Assembly: GCF_009834535.1 (NCBI RefSeq)
Contig: NC_045696.1
Location: 59,894,001 to 59,958,000 of the forward strand
Direction of reading: 5' to 3'
DNA: 64,000 nucleotides
From: Camelus ferus
Taxonomy: Eukaryota
The position numbers and the translations under genes are program-made. Below the pieces are notes generated by a model that made no database searches, had not been told where the DNA came from, and was given only the letters and a program-made list of their open reading frames with translations. This document shows positions 53,401 to 64,000 of the stretch, piece by piece (positions within the stretch are counted from its first letter, which is position 1; each line of letters opens with the position of its first letter).

Positions 53401-56400
53401 TCAGGCGGCTGGAATGAGGCTTCTCTTCCCTGACGACTGTGGACTTTTTAGTTCCCAGAGACTTTCCATTCTCCCACTCGGAGATTCCAGAGCAAGGTCA
53501 CAGACAAAGCAGCCCTCCCTCCCGCTCAGCCCTGTTATTCCAGCCTCATTGGGATGCTCCTGGTTCCCCCGCAGGGCTGCTGGACTGACCCACCCTTTCA
53601 AAGGGGCTGCCCAGCCCCCACCATACCCACCAAACCCAGGGCTGCGCAGATGCCAAGTCCCCTAGGAGAGCACTGAAACAAAGCGCTGGACATGGGCATG
53701 GGGTAGAGAGCCCCAGGGAGGGGACAGGAGAGGGGGACGCTGTGGGAAGCCCATGACAGGGCTCAGGGGGTCCTTTGTACTGGCCGCGTAGCCGGCCACT
53801 TGTGTACTGATTCGTCAAAGCCGGTTCATGAGAAGACTGGCTCGCACTGGCCAGGCCCGCTCAGTCAGCGCCTGGTTGGTGTTGGAAGGGAAATTAAGAG
53901 AAAAAAATGGAAATCATTGGATTTGGGACTTCAAGGTTTCATTTAAGGACTATTTGTCTGAGGACAACCTTGTCCCTCACCTCCTACCACCTCTCCAGCT
54001 TCTTGTCTGGACAGATCTCTTAATCCAGAGAACACAGGACAGTCACAGAACCACTGGTTAGAAGTGACCAGGGAGCCCCGGCCTGCCCACCCCCACCCCT
54101 GCAGGAAGCTCTGGTTACACAGAAGTGAGACCTGCTCGGATGCAACTTGAGCCCAGCTGTCCCACGGCTCCCCCACCCTGTGGGCCATGTCCTTCTCCAG
54201 AGGCCAGACCCTGAGACACCCCTGGCGACACCCCTGACGACAGTTACACCCTGCCTGCCTAATCCTCTTCTCCAGGTGATGCCCCCGGAGCCCCTGGCCC
54301 TTCTGCTGTGCTCTCGACTCCTGCCTGCCCTCCTCGCCATTCCTGGACTCGCCCCACCCTTCTCACTTGTGGTACTAAAGAATGGACCCGCCTGCCAAAC
54401 AGCAGCCGGACACGTAGCCTGGCAAGTACATCCTACCATGTGGCCCAATCCTGCCTCTGCAGCCCAGCCCCACCCCCTCTCCCCTCAATCCCCAAACTAC
54501 CCCGCAGCTGCATTCCCCCTGCAGCAGGGCAATGCTTTCACCCTCTCCTGGACTCAGCCGCTGCTCTGCACATGCCATGTGCGCTAATGGGGCCTCCCCA
54601 CCCTATTTCTGTGTCTGGAAAGCTGAGCCTCAGCTCGACAGCACCCCTCTGTGATGCAGGGCCCTTCTTCCCTGGGGCTCCTGCAGCACCAGGCCCGGCT
54701 GCTATCACTGCACCCCACTCCCTGGGGTTGACTCCTCTGCACGTATATTTTCTCCACCAGATTTGTCCCTGGGACAAATGTCAAGACAGAAATGCCTGCA
54801 CACTCAGTAACAAACCTGACTGCCGAGGTCCAACTGTCAACTCTTTGGAGAGAGTTCAGCCTGAGAGAAAGGACAGAAGTACATCTCCCCTTCAGCACAA
54901 AGGGGGCTGAAGGACAGCCCCCCAAGAGCCCCTCCGGGGCCAGCTCAGCAGGCAAGTGCCTGGGCACACAGTGCCCATACTCAGAAAGAAGGGCCTGTGC
55001 TTAGTTTAATGCTCTGCTATTGTCATCTTGAAATTCTTTATTTTTGAACAAGAACACCAGTTTCATTTTGCCCTGGGTTCTACCCCACCCCATTGCCTCC
55101 AGGGCCCTCAAAGAGCTCACCTCTTGTGGCCTGGTGAGCAGCACCATGTGGTTGTGACAGGCAAACAGCCACAGCTCTTTGCCGACCTGTCTCCATCGGC
55201 CCTGGCGGGGGAGCCAGGGGTCATGTGACAGTGGCCCCGTGGACAGAGCAAGGAAACCAGGAGCCAGCATGGGAGGCCTGCCTTTAGGCCACTCTGTCTC
55301 AACAGGGTCACAGCCCCTCAGAGCCCAAGGGAGGCTCCTGCCTGCCCACCCGTGTGGAAGTGTGTCAAAGGCATGAGAGAAGCACCGTTCTTCCTTCTCT
55401 TTTAAAATCTATACATCATCCAAATACATCTGCGATTTTTCACTTTCGCGAAGCAATGCCACTTAAAATTTTTTCCTGTATTTTGGATGTTGTCCCTATT
55501 TTTCCGAGGTCTCCTAGCAAAAAATAAAATCTTACGCACTGGAGTATCCCTCCACAAGTGGCAACGATACCACTCTGCACTTCTCTGAAGTCTTTACTGC
55601 CAAAGTGCATGAGGTAAAAGGAAAAAACATGGACTCTGGCATCAGTGGTTGTGGATCTGACTCCTGGAGCGTGTGGCTCACCAGCAGCCAGACTTCCGGC
55701 AAGTCTCTCAGGCTCCCCTTGGAGCCTCGGTCTTCCTCACAGAAAATGGGGATGTCTACCTGACACGGATGCTGCGGGCAGCAGAGGACCTGGCAGCAAA
55801 ACCCTGGTGCAGTATGGGGCACATTATCAATTCCCATGAAATGGCCTGTGTCATTCCCTCCATGGTCAGGAGGCAAGGAGAGGACTCGGTTTGGGCTGAG
55901 TTGAGTCCACCACCCGCCGTGGGTAATCTTAAGACAGGTCAGCACATCCCCAAATCTCAGGATGCTGGGCAGCACTGAGCCACAGGGGTGTGCATCAAAT
56001 GTGGGGAGGCGCACAACGGCACCCGATACTCTGTGCTCCCCGCTGGAGGCCTGCTCCTTGTTACTGTACTTTGCTCTGAGGTGAGCCCTCTGAAACAGGT
56101 ATGATGAACAGAACCGTGGGCAGCAGGAGGCCAGGGAGAGGGGGCATGCGGTGCTGGTGTCACAGCCAGAAAGCCCTGACTTTCAACTTTCACTTTGCTA
56201 CTTACTGGCTGTGGCACCTTGGGCAATTAATTAAATTCTCTGTGCCTCAGTTTTTCTCATCTGTCAACATGCATAACTATTTCCTTGCAAAGAACTAGGT
56301 GAGGAACATGGAGCTAACTCATTGTCCAGTTACTTTCCCAGGTTTTCCCAAGACTAAGTGCATTTCCCTCTTTGGTCCACAAGGGACCCAACGTTCTTAT

Positions 56401-58922
56401 ACCAATTTCCCTTTTGCTTACGGTAGCATAAATGGGCTTCCGTTTCTTGCATCCAGAAAGAATTGACTTTATGCTGTTATTATCAACAAACACCAGTTCC
56501 CTTGATCTTCCTAGTTTCTAGACAACTCATCCTGATGGTTGCTTGTGGCTGGCCTTTAAAAAAAAAAAGAACTGAACCGAGAACTGAAGATGCAGTCTGA
56601 CCCACATGAAGAAGAGTGAAGCCATCATCTCTGGGGTTTCAAAATACTAAAAAATACTTCCATTAATGCAGCCTCAATTGGCATATTTTTTTTTAAGCAA
56701 CATTGCTTATTCACATTGAGCCTCTGAGAATTAGAATCTGCCAGATCTTTTTCCTAAAAGCTACTATCAAACCAGGTTCCCTCCATACTATAAATGCAAG
56801 ATACTAATCCTGATTACTTCAACTCAGCTCAGTTTTGAAAAACATTCTTAAATCTTGGGTTTCCTATTTTATAGGATAACCTCTTTTCCTCAGCTTTATG
56901 ACCTTCCCATCTTTGATGAGCAGGTCTTCCGCGCGAGTTCAGCTCAAGTTAGTAGTAAACAGGAACAGGAGACATTTGGAACCTCAGTCAAATCTTCCCC
57001 CAGCTGATGTTATCAACGCTCTTAGAAAGCAAGTTTTCTCAGCTACGCGTCTGCCTAGCTGTGCTGTCCTCAATCCACACTACTTGCCTTCGCATAAGGA
57101 TGTCATTAGAAATTGTCAAGGGACTTCCTGAAACCCAGGCACCTGGTGTGCGTGCTGCGTATCCTCCTCTCTTCCGGTGCACCCACTTCTCCAAGTAAAG
57201 GGCTCCTTGTTTGGGTGTTTTTCACACATCACTTTAGGTTTCCTGACCCACTGCACCAAACATTCCATCCACAGACCTACAGAATCTGCTTCTGCCTCCC
57301 TCCATTTTTCACAGCTGTCTCTTCAAACCGAGTTTATGCTTTTTAAAAAAGTCATCTGGATTGATTAATCACTGCAATTCATCAAAACGACATAAATATA
57401 TCACAAAATTTGACAAGCATTAAAAAAAAAAGTTTATTGGAAGTGCATTTTAATGAGATGGGGCTTTCCCCACCCAAAGAGTCCATGTATACTGAAAATT
57501 TTACTTTTTGCTAAGACAGGGATCAGCATCAATTCTATTCCTATTTTTTATTTGTATAGATTAAAGCACACCCTCCAAAAATTATTCACATAAACAGGAA
57601 GATGCAAATAGGAGTTTCATTATAGCCATGTCATCTTATTCTGTGAGTGCCTTCTGAGCTAAAAGCCATAAACAATCAATCATTTTGAATTTTTAATCAT
57701 CTGTCATCTATCAACTTGATTAGGCCATCTTTCTTTTTTTTTTTTCTTTTAAGCAAAAAGAAACTTGTAAAAAAAAAAAAATCTGTGTTAGGAAAAGATT
57801 TGTTACCTAGTCATTAGAGTCCCTCATTTTCTGAACCTTGATACTGCACATTTTGAGTGGTCCCTTTGCTTGGACAAGGCACTACTGTAAGATTTAGAAT
57901 GGGTGCCTGTGGCTCATAAAAGGGGCGGAGGGTAGTTGGGCTGAGCAAGGAGGAAGAGAATCAATTACAGAATGTGAGGAAATCACAGAAGACCAGGCTG
58001 CAGTGTAAGCGGTCATGCGGCCACACCTACAGCTTTCTGAGCTGTTTCCGGGGAGTCCAGGGTATGTTTGCTTATAGCCACCCTGGCCATCATTAGTGCT
58101 TAGGAAAGCTTAGAAGCCCAGGTCTTGTATTTTTAAGGTCCTTATGGTTCTTTTGGTTCCAACCAGATTGTTTTAATTGCAGAAGAGAACTTTTCCTCAC
58201 TGCCTTCCTATTTTCTGAGCAATGGAAGAGTCAACAAAGTAAGGAGTGGAGCTCACAGTCTCTTCTGGCAGCAGGAACCTCTAGGAGATGTGCAGGTGAC
58301 TCTCCATCCCCACTCTGCCTGCCCCTGAGCCAGTGTTTCACCTTTGTTCTCATCACCCATGTACCCTCCTCCCTCCCACAAGTCCTTGGTTTGGTACACA
58401 GGTACACAACTTTACACACAATGTTTCTTCCCCACCATTTCATTATATCCACTTAATCCAGACAAGGGGCCTGTGGCTTCCACTGCTACAAAGCTACCCA
58501 TTCCAAATCAGAAGACGTGGATAGCTTGCTTCATGTTTTACAGAAGGGAAAGGTGAAAGTCAGATTATCCAAGGCACAGAGCAAGCTGTAGAAAACTAGG
58601 AAGGAAGGTTGAGTCTTTCAGATTCCCACTGACACTCTCCTACCCTATCTCATCCCTGCCAAAGACAATAACAAAGGCACAGTGCTGACCTGAAGACGCC
58701 TTACGTGGCAACTCAGAGGGCTGTGTATTGACCAGAGCTTTCTTAACAAGTCCACCTACATCCTGAAGACACAGCACAGAGCAGGTTTAGGAGAGTCCCC
58801 GGCACGCTGAGTGGGAAGATAGATTCAAACCCCCAAAGGACTCTAATAAGTCACAAAAGTTTTCAGAAGCTGAAGAATGATGACCAATGTTAAGTATAAA
58901 TGAGCAGAGGGTGAGAACTTAC

Positions 58923-59057
58923 CGTGTCCCCAATCTTTAGGCCTTCACACTTCCTCTGACCAGGGTAGGAGACGCCATCCTGGCAGGTAGCAGTGAAGAA
59001 GAGATTAAGATCCTCAGGCTGATCCCACACGGACAGTTCCACTTTAGACCGGATGCT
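58923..59057 (-). CDS. ITGB5: Integrin beta-5 exon 9 (hybrid domain)
   Basis: cag|AGCATC acceptor; ACG|gtaagt donor; 135 nt; [45 protein letters not shown]. Confidence 0.97.
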
Positions 59058-59659
59058 CTGAACAGAGAGAAGCAGCCAGAACCAGTTAGTAAAGGCTGCA
59101 GCGAGATGCTCTCCATACTGGTTCTCCAATGCCCATGTGGCTTCCTCTAACTCAGGACTCAAGCCAAGGCAGGAGCCAGCAGGCTAGGTTCACTGCCCGT
59201 CCCTCATCCCTTTCCTTCTCTCCACACCCACGTGCCGTCTTGCTAGCCCTGGCCTGAGGTCTCCCTCCGTGAGCTCAGAGAATTTCTAATGGTCCATGTA
59301 TCATACGATAATCTCCTCTGCTTCCAGGGGTGATGCTCTATCCCTGCTTGTCTCTGCAGTCACCTCTCATCCCCACCCTCAGCTTCAGACAGGCAGTTCC
59401 TCAAATCTTGCCATGTGCTCTCCAGGCGTTGGGCCTTTGCATGTGCCTTGGATAACGTTCCTTTGCTCAATTGCTCCTCTCTCATCTCTCCCCTGCCGCT
59501 AGCTCTTTATCACCCTACCACGTCAGCTCAGCAGGCACTTTCTCCAGGAACCCACCCTTTCATTCTTCACACTTACCCCCATCAGATGAGGTCCACATTC
59601 GTAAGTTCTGACCTACATTCTGAAATCCACCTTATGTGTGGATTATGTTCTCAAGATGA

Positions 59660-60310
59660 TGGATGAAATAAAAATCAAGCCACAATTACCCATCAGAATA
59701 GAAAAAAATGAAAGACTTCAACATATCAAGTGTTGGAAAGGAGCTGGGACCACTGGGGCCCTCATTCCATGCAGGTGGGAATGTGACCTGGTACAACCCT
59801 TGAGGAAAACAATAGGCAGTGTCTACTAATGCTCAGGTCAACCTCAGACAAGCAATTCATGCTGGAATTATATCCAACAGAGATGTGTACTGACCAGAAC
59901 ACATGTATAAGAATGTTTACAGCAACACTGTCTGTAACAGCTAGAAACTGGAATTATCCAACACCTATCAACATTTTTTTTTCAATTATGGTGTGTTCAC
60001 ATAGAATATCATACAGTACAAGAATGAATGAAATATGACTACATGTCATGACATAGATGAATCTCCTATCACATGGCCTGAAAGAAGCCAGACGCAAAAG
60101 GCATATATACTGTTTGATTCTATTTATATGAAATTCAAAAACATGAAAAAACTAACGGTTACCCTTGGAGGACAGTAATAGAAGAGGACATAATAGGGGT
60201 TCCAGATGCTAGTGATACTCTGTTTTTTGACCTGGGTGGCCCAATACTTAGGTGTATTTAGTTGTGAAAAGTCTGTACAATTTTCTGTATGCCTGTTAGT
60301 TTAAAAAATT
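59660..60310 (+). mobile_element. Old LINE-1 3' fragment (L1ME-like)
   Basis: tatcaagtgttggaaagg...gcaggtgggaatgtgacctggtacaacc...gaatgtttacagcaacactg...gaaagaagccagacgcaaaag. Confidence 0.7.
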
Positions 60311-61639
60311 GCCATTGAAAATCTCTAAGGAGGTACTTTGGAGACTGAGACCAAATGAAGGACATATCTTACAAAAAGAATTTTTTTCCACCAAATGCAC
60401 TCAGTATAGCAGGATGCACACGCTCCGAGAGACACACGGACCCCCAGATCAACGGACAGCCCATCACACTCCCATCTCCCCTCTCAGCTGCATTCCAGGG
60501 AACAGGGCATTGGACACAACAGCAGGCAGAAGTGCCTCCTGCTCTTGTAGGGTTTCTCTTCTTTCTTTTTGCTGAGCACATCACGTTAAACTTAAATTAA
60601 ATATGCAGTTTCCCCAACACATTAACAGCCTGTTGAAAACACTCTGCAAAAAATAGTCTCTCCCTTTGCAACAAATTGTCTAAGCTCTTCTACAGCTCTA
60701 AAAATACTCTCTCTCTTAAATCCACTTCCTCTTGTTAGTGCCAGCCTCCACTGGCAGCCGGCTGCCAGCACCACTCCACACACACAGCTCTCCTGCAGGA
60801 TGTGATTAGTTATTTACAGATCTGTTTTCCCCACTGAGCTGTGAGTTCTGAGGACCCTATTATATTTCTCTCCAGGACTGAACATAAGCTTTTGTTGAAT
60901 AGATGGATGGAGGGATGGAAGAGTGGATGTTTTCACAGCGGCTCAGATCTAGTGGAAGAAACTTAAATTATTTTTGAAAGACAAAATAAATTAGAAATTA
61001 TATAGTTTAATTGTGAATAAGTATATGAGGATGAGGCAAAACAGTGTATCATAAAAGGGTTAGGCAGACTGGAGCTATTTAAAAATTACTGGGGACCAGT
61101 CTCCTGAAATATGAGGGCCGCGTGGCTCCCAGACAAGGCTTTGGGAGGAAGCATCAGCACTTCCCATCAAGATCTGCTGAGGCCACCTCCTGGAAGCGTT
61201 AATGGGGAACCCGGTCGTGGGAGAAAGAGCACTGGGGACTGGGACTCCGATTAAATGAACCGGTGACTGTAACAGATGGAAACTGAATCTGATGTTCTAT
61301 TCTGGTCATAGGACCCTAAAGTTTTGTGTTCCGATCTGATATCTGTATTATTTCTGATCTCCACATAGTCTCTAGAATCAGAAATTCTTAAGATGTTAGC
61401 AGTGGTAGGAACTGTGGAGACTCAGTTCAAATTTCTCATCTTACGGAAGCGGGAACTGAGGCCAAAGAAAAGGCCACATCTGGGCCTACTCAGGGGCAGG
61501 CAGGACCAGAATCAGGCCTTCTGGGTCCCCTTGCAGGACGCGCTGTCATCACCAGATCTGACACTTTATTTGGAAACTGGCTCTGACCTTAGAAAGTGTG
61601 GTCAGGTCATATCCCAGTTGAGACTCAGACTCCCCTCAA

Positions 61640-61770
61640 AGATCGTGAGCTCCTTCCTGGAGGGTAGAACTGTGTTCTGTTCACTGCTTTATTATTTATT
61701 GTAGCATGGTGCCTGCCACACCAGGAGTGTATATTTGTTGGACAAATAAATGAATGAATAAATGGATAAA
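61640..61770 (+). mobile_element. L2 3'-end fragment
   Basis: gtgagctccttcctggagggtagaactgtgttctgttcactgct...gcctgccacaccaggag...atttgttggacaaataaatgaatgaataaatgga. Confidence 0.6.
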
Positions 61771-62229
61771 GTACAAGACACAGTAGAGGATCAAAGCCAC
61801 AGCCAACTCAGTTCTGATGCACGAAGACTTATGTGTGACTCCTGAAATTCAGTGAACTCCTATCAGACTGGCCCATGAAGATGACTCCTTCCTTCTCATC
61901 CTAGGACAAGGAGATAATGTCAAAAATGTCATTAGTTTATAAAGACTATTGAATACTCAGTCAGGCTGGGTCACATCTGCAATCGCTTTAAGCCAGGCCA
62001 GCTGTGGAGCGGGTGGGAGCAGACTTTATGGCAACAACAAAAAGAGAAACGTGCTCCGCTAGAAGCAGCACACACCACGGCCTCTGACGTCACCCTCCAC
62101 ATGCAGCTCTATGGTTTCCAGCTCATTCTGCTCTTTCTCCCTTTGAAAAGGGACCCTCGTGATTCCTCTCCGAGTCCTGCCCCCTTTTTCTCAATGTGAC
62201 ACAAGGCCAGTGTCGTGTGTGTGCACCCA

Positions 62230-62860
62230 GCGCCCCACCTCTGAGCTCACCGGCACCCTCGGCGCGGCGAAGCTCCGCACCGGCGAGTTCCCACAGTGAA
62301 GAATTCGGCGCAGCAGGAAACAGCGTAAGTCAAGATTTTACCCCGTGAAAGTCGAGTACGACAGACTCGATTCTGCCAGGCGTTCCATTAAACGTGCCCT
62401 TTCCGTCTTGCTCCCTCCCCAGCCGACAGCCACGCCAAGGCCATTTCCTCTGTTCCGTGGCTCCACTGCGATCCTTTCAGGATGTCCCCAGTCGGCCTGC
62501 CAGCTCCAGGGGAGGCCGAAGTCAGCACCACACTTAGTCACGCGTTGCATGACTCATGTGAAATCCACCGCAAACTGCGGAGGCGGCGAGGTGAGGCGGG
62601 GAAACGCACAGTCCGGTCAGTGCTCCGACCCGGCTGGGGGAAGAGCAGGGCCCCTCTGCCGGCCAAAGCGCGCACGCACGTCCACACCGCACCCCAGGCG
62701 CCGGCGGGCCCCGATCCAGGAGACGCGAGGGGGCCAAGGCCCAGGCCGGGCCTTCCCATTTGCCAGAAAGGACGGCAGCCAGTGACTCGAGTACTAACCA
62801 ACGTCGAGCACCAGCGTATCCGCAACACGGCTGCCACCAGCTAGGCTCTGCTCCGAATAC
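62230..62860. promoter_or_regulatory. CpG-rich intronic element (CpG-island-like, putative enhancer)
   Basis: Dense CpG and GC content relative to the flanks; ATGACTCAT 62549-62557; TTAGTCA 62534-62540; GC box GAGGCGGGG. Confidence 0.6.
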
Positions 62861-64000
62861 CTTGCCTTTTCACATTTCTGTATGTAATACCTGTCTTTAA
62901 AATATCCGCTGAAGGGAAGGGCAGAAGTAGGGAATTACCAAGGGTCCCAGCGTTTCAGAGCAAAGGACACATTCAAGGTCTTGGTGGTGGTAATGGTTTC
63001 ACAAGTGTATAGAAGTATAAAAACTTATCAAACTATACACTTCAAATCTGTACAGTGAATTGTATGTTAATTACCTCTAAATCAAGCTGTTTCAGTTTTC
63101 CACTGATTTTGAATAGTCATTGTGCATAGTATTCCGGACACGCTCATTTTAAGAACTGAGTTTCAAGCGTTCACTCCTAAGTCATATGTCTGGTTTCCTA
63201 ATATGCTCTCTTACAGTTTAACTCAGAGTCAAGCTGCGGTGCTAGATTCCCAGAGCTCCTGGGGGGCTCAACCCGGGTTCCAAATGTAGCTCCTGACTTC
63301 CTCTACTTCCTCTACTCATCTGGGTCCCACCGCTTCAGTCCCAGAGTGGGGTTCCCTGCTCCTCTCCTGACCTCTGCCCACCCCAGGCCCCTGGATTTCC
63401 ATTAAGAAAACGAATTTACCTTGCATGAGTCCTGCGCAGGGCCAAGGCAACAGTGAGAGCAGCACTGAGCACCTGAGACCCTGCCCAGGGAACCACAACC
63501 GTCTCATGCATCCTGGTTTTCAGTGGACCCGCACACAAGTATGGACGTGCAGACCACTTGGCCACATGCAACGCTGACTAAGCGAGTGCCTTCCCCATTT
63601 CTGGGGAACACCACCCTGCCAGTCCTTTAGAACTGAGTATCACGATGCCCTCTTTTATCAAAGCCACAAGGATCGGGGACCTGGGCCTTTGGCAGAAAGC
63701 ACTCCTGGGGGAGCCCCAGAGGTCCGCCAGCCAGCCGCCCAGCTTGAGGCCCAAGGCAGCACAGTGAGGAGTGACCCTCGGGATGGGGGCCACATTCAGC
63801 AGGCCCAGCCCCTCCCTCACACACACTCTCTTCTCAGACTTTCAGTATGTCACACTTCCATCCGCTGTAGAAATCTGAAAGCCACAAAGTGTAGCTAACC
63901 TGGAAACCTAGTCTCACCAGGTTCAGAGGTGGCCCCTGGATCTGGTGAAGATTTCAAGGTCAGAGATCAGAAAAGAGGATGTTAGTATGTGGGGAATTAA

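Noticed and set aside
59058..64000. ITGB5 exon 8
   Set aside because: I found no sequence encoding the expected end of the beta-I domain; it presumably lies beyond the window

Overview
Mammalian genomic DNA, most likely from a camelid. Two copies of a tRNA-Ala-derived SINE resemble camelid Vic-1, and the ITGB5 peptide looks artiodactyl-like. The window holds two convergent genes. UMPS (UMP synthase, + strand) has coding exons 2-6 at 212-10034, with exon 1 upstream of the window. ITGB5 (integrin beta-5, - strand) has its last seven coding exons (9-15 in human numbering) at 59057-20935, with earlier exons beyond the right end. All twelve exons have GT-AG boundaries and join in frame, so both genes look intact. 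The rest is intronic or intergenic DNA with LINE-1, MIR/L2, MaLR and ERV solo LTRs, MER5-type DNA transposons and simple repeats. I found no evidence of a wholly new gene system. The best leads are the preserved CpG codon matching the bovine DUMPS site, an inward-facing CTCF motif pair between the genes, an alternative UMPS donor that would give a truncated isoform escaping NMD, two intronic LTRs (one with a perfect GAS motif, one with a sense poly(A) signal) and a CpG-rich AP-1/CRE intronic element. Repeat-family names and cross-species comparisons are from memory, not database searches, and repeat boundaries are approximate.
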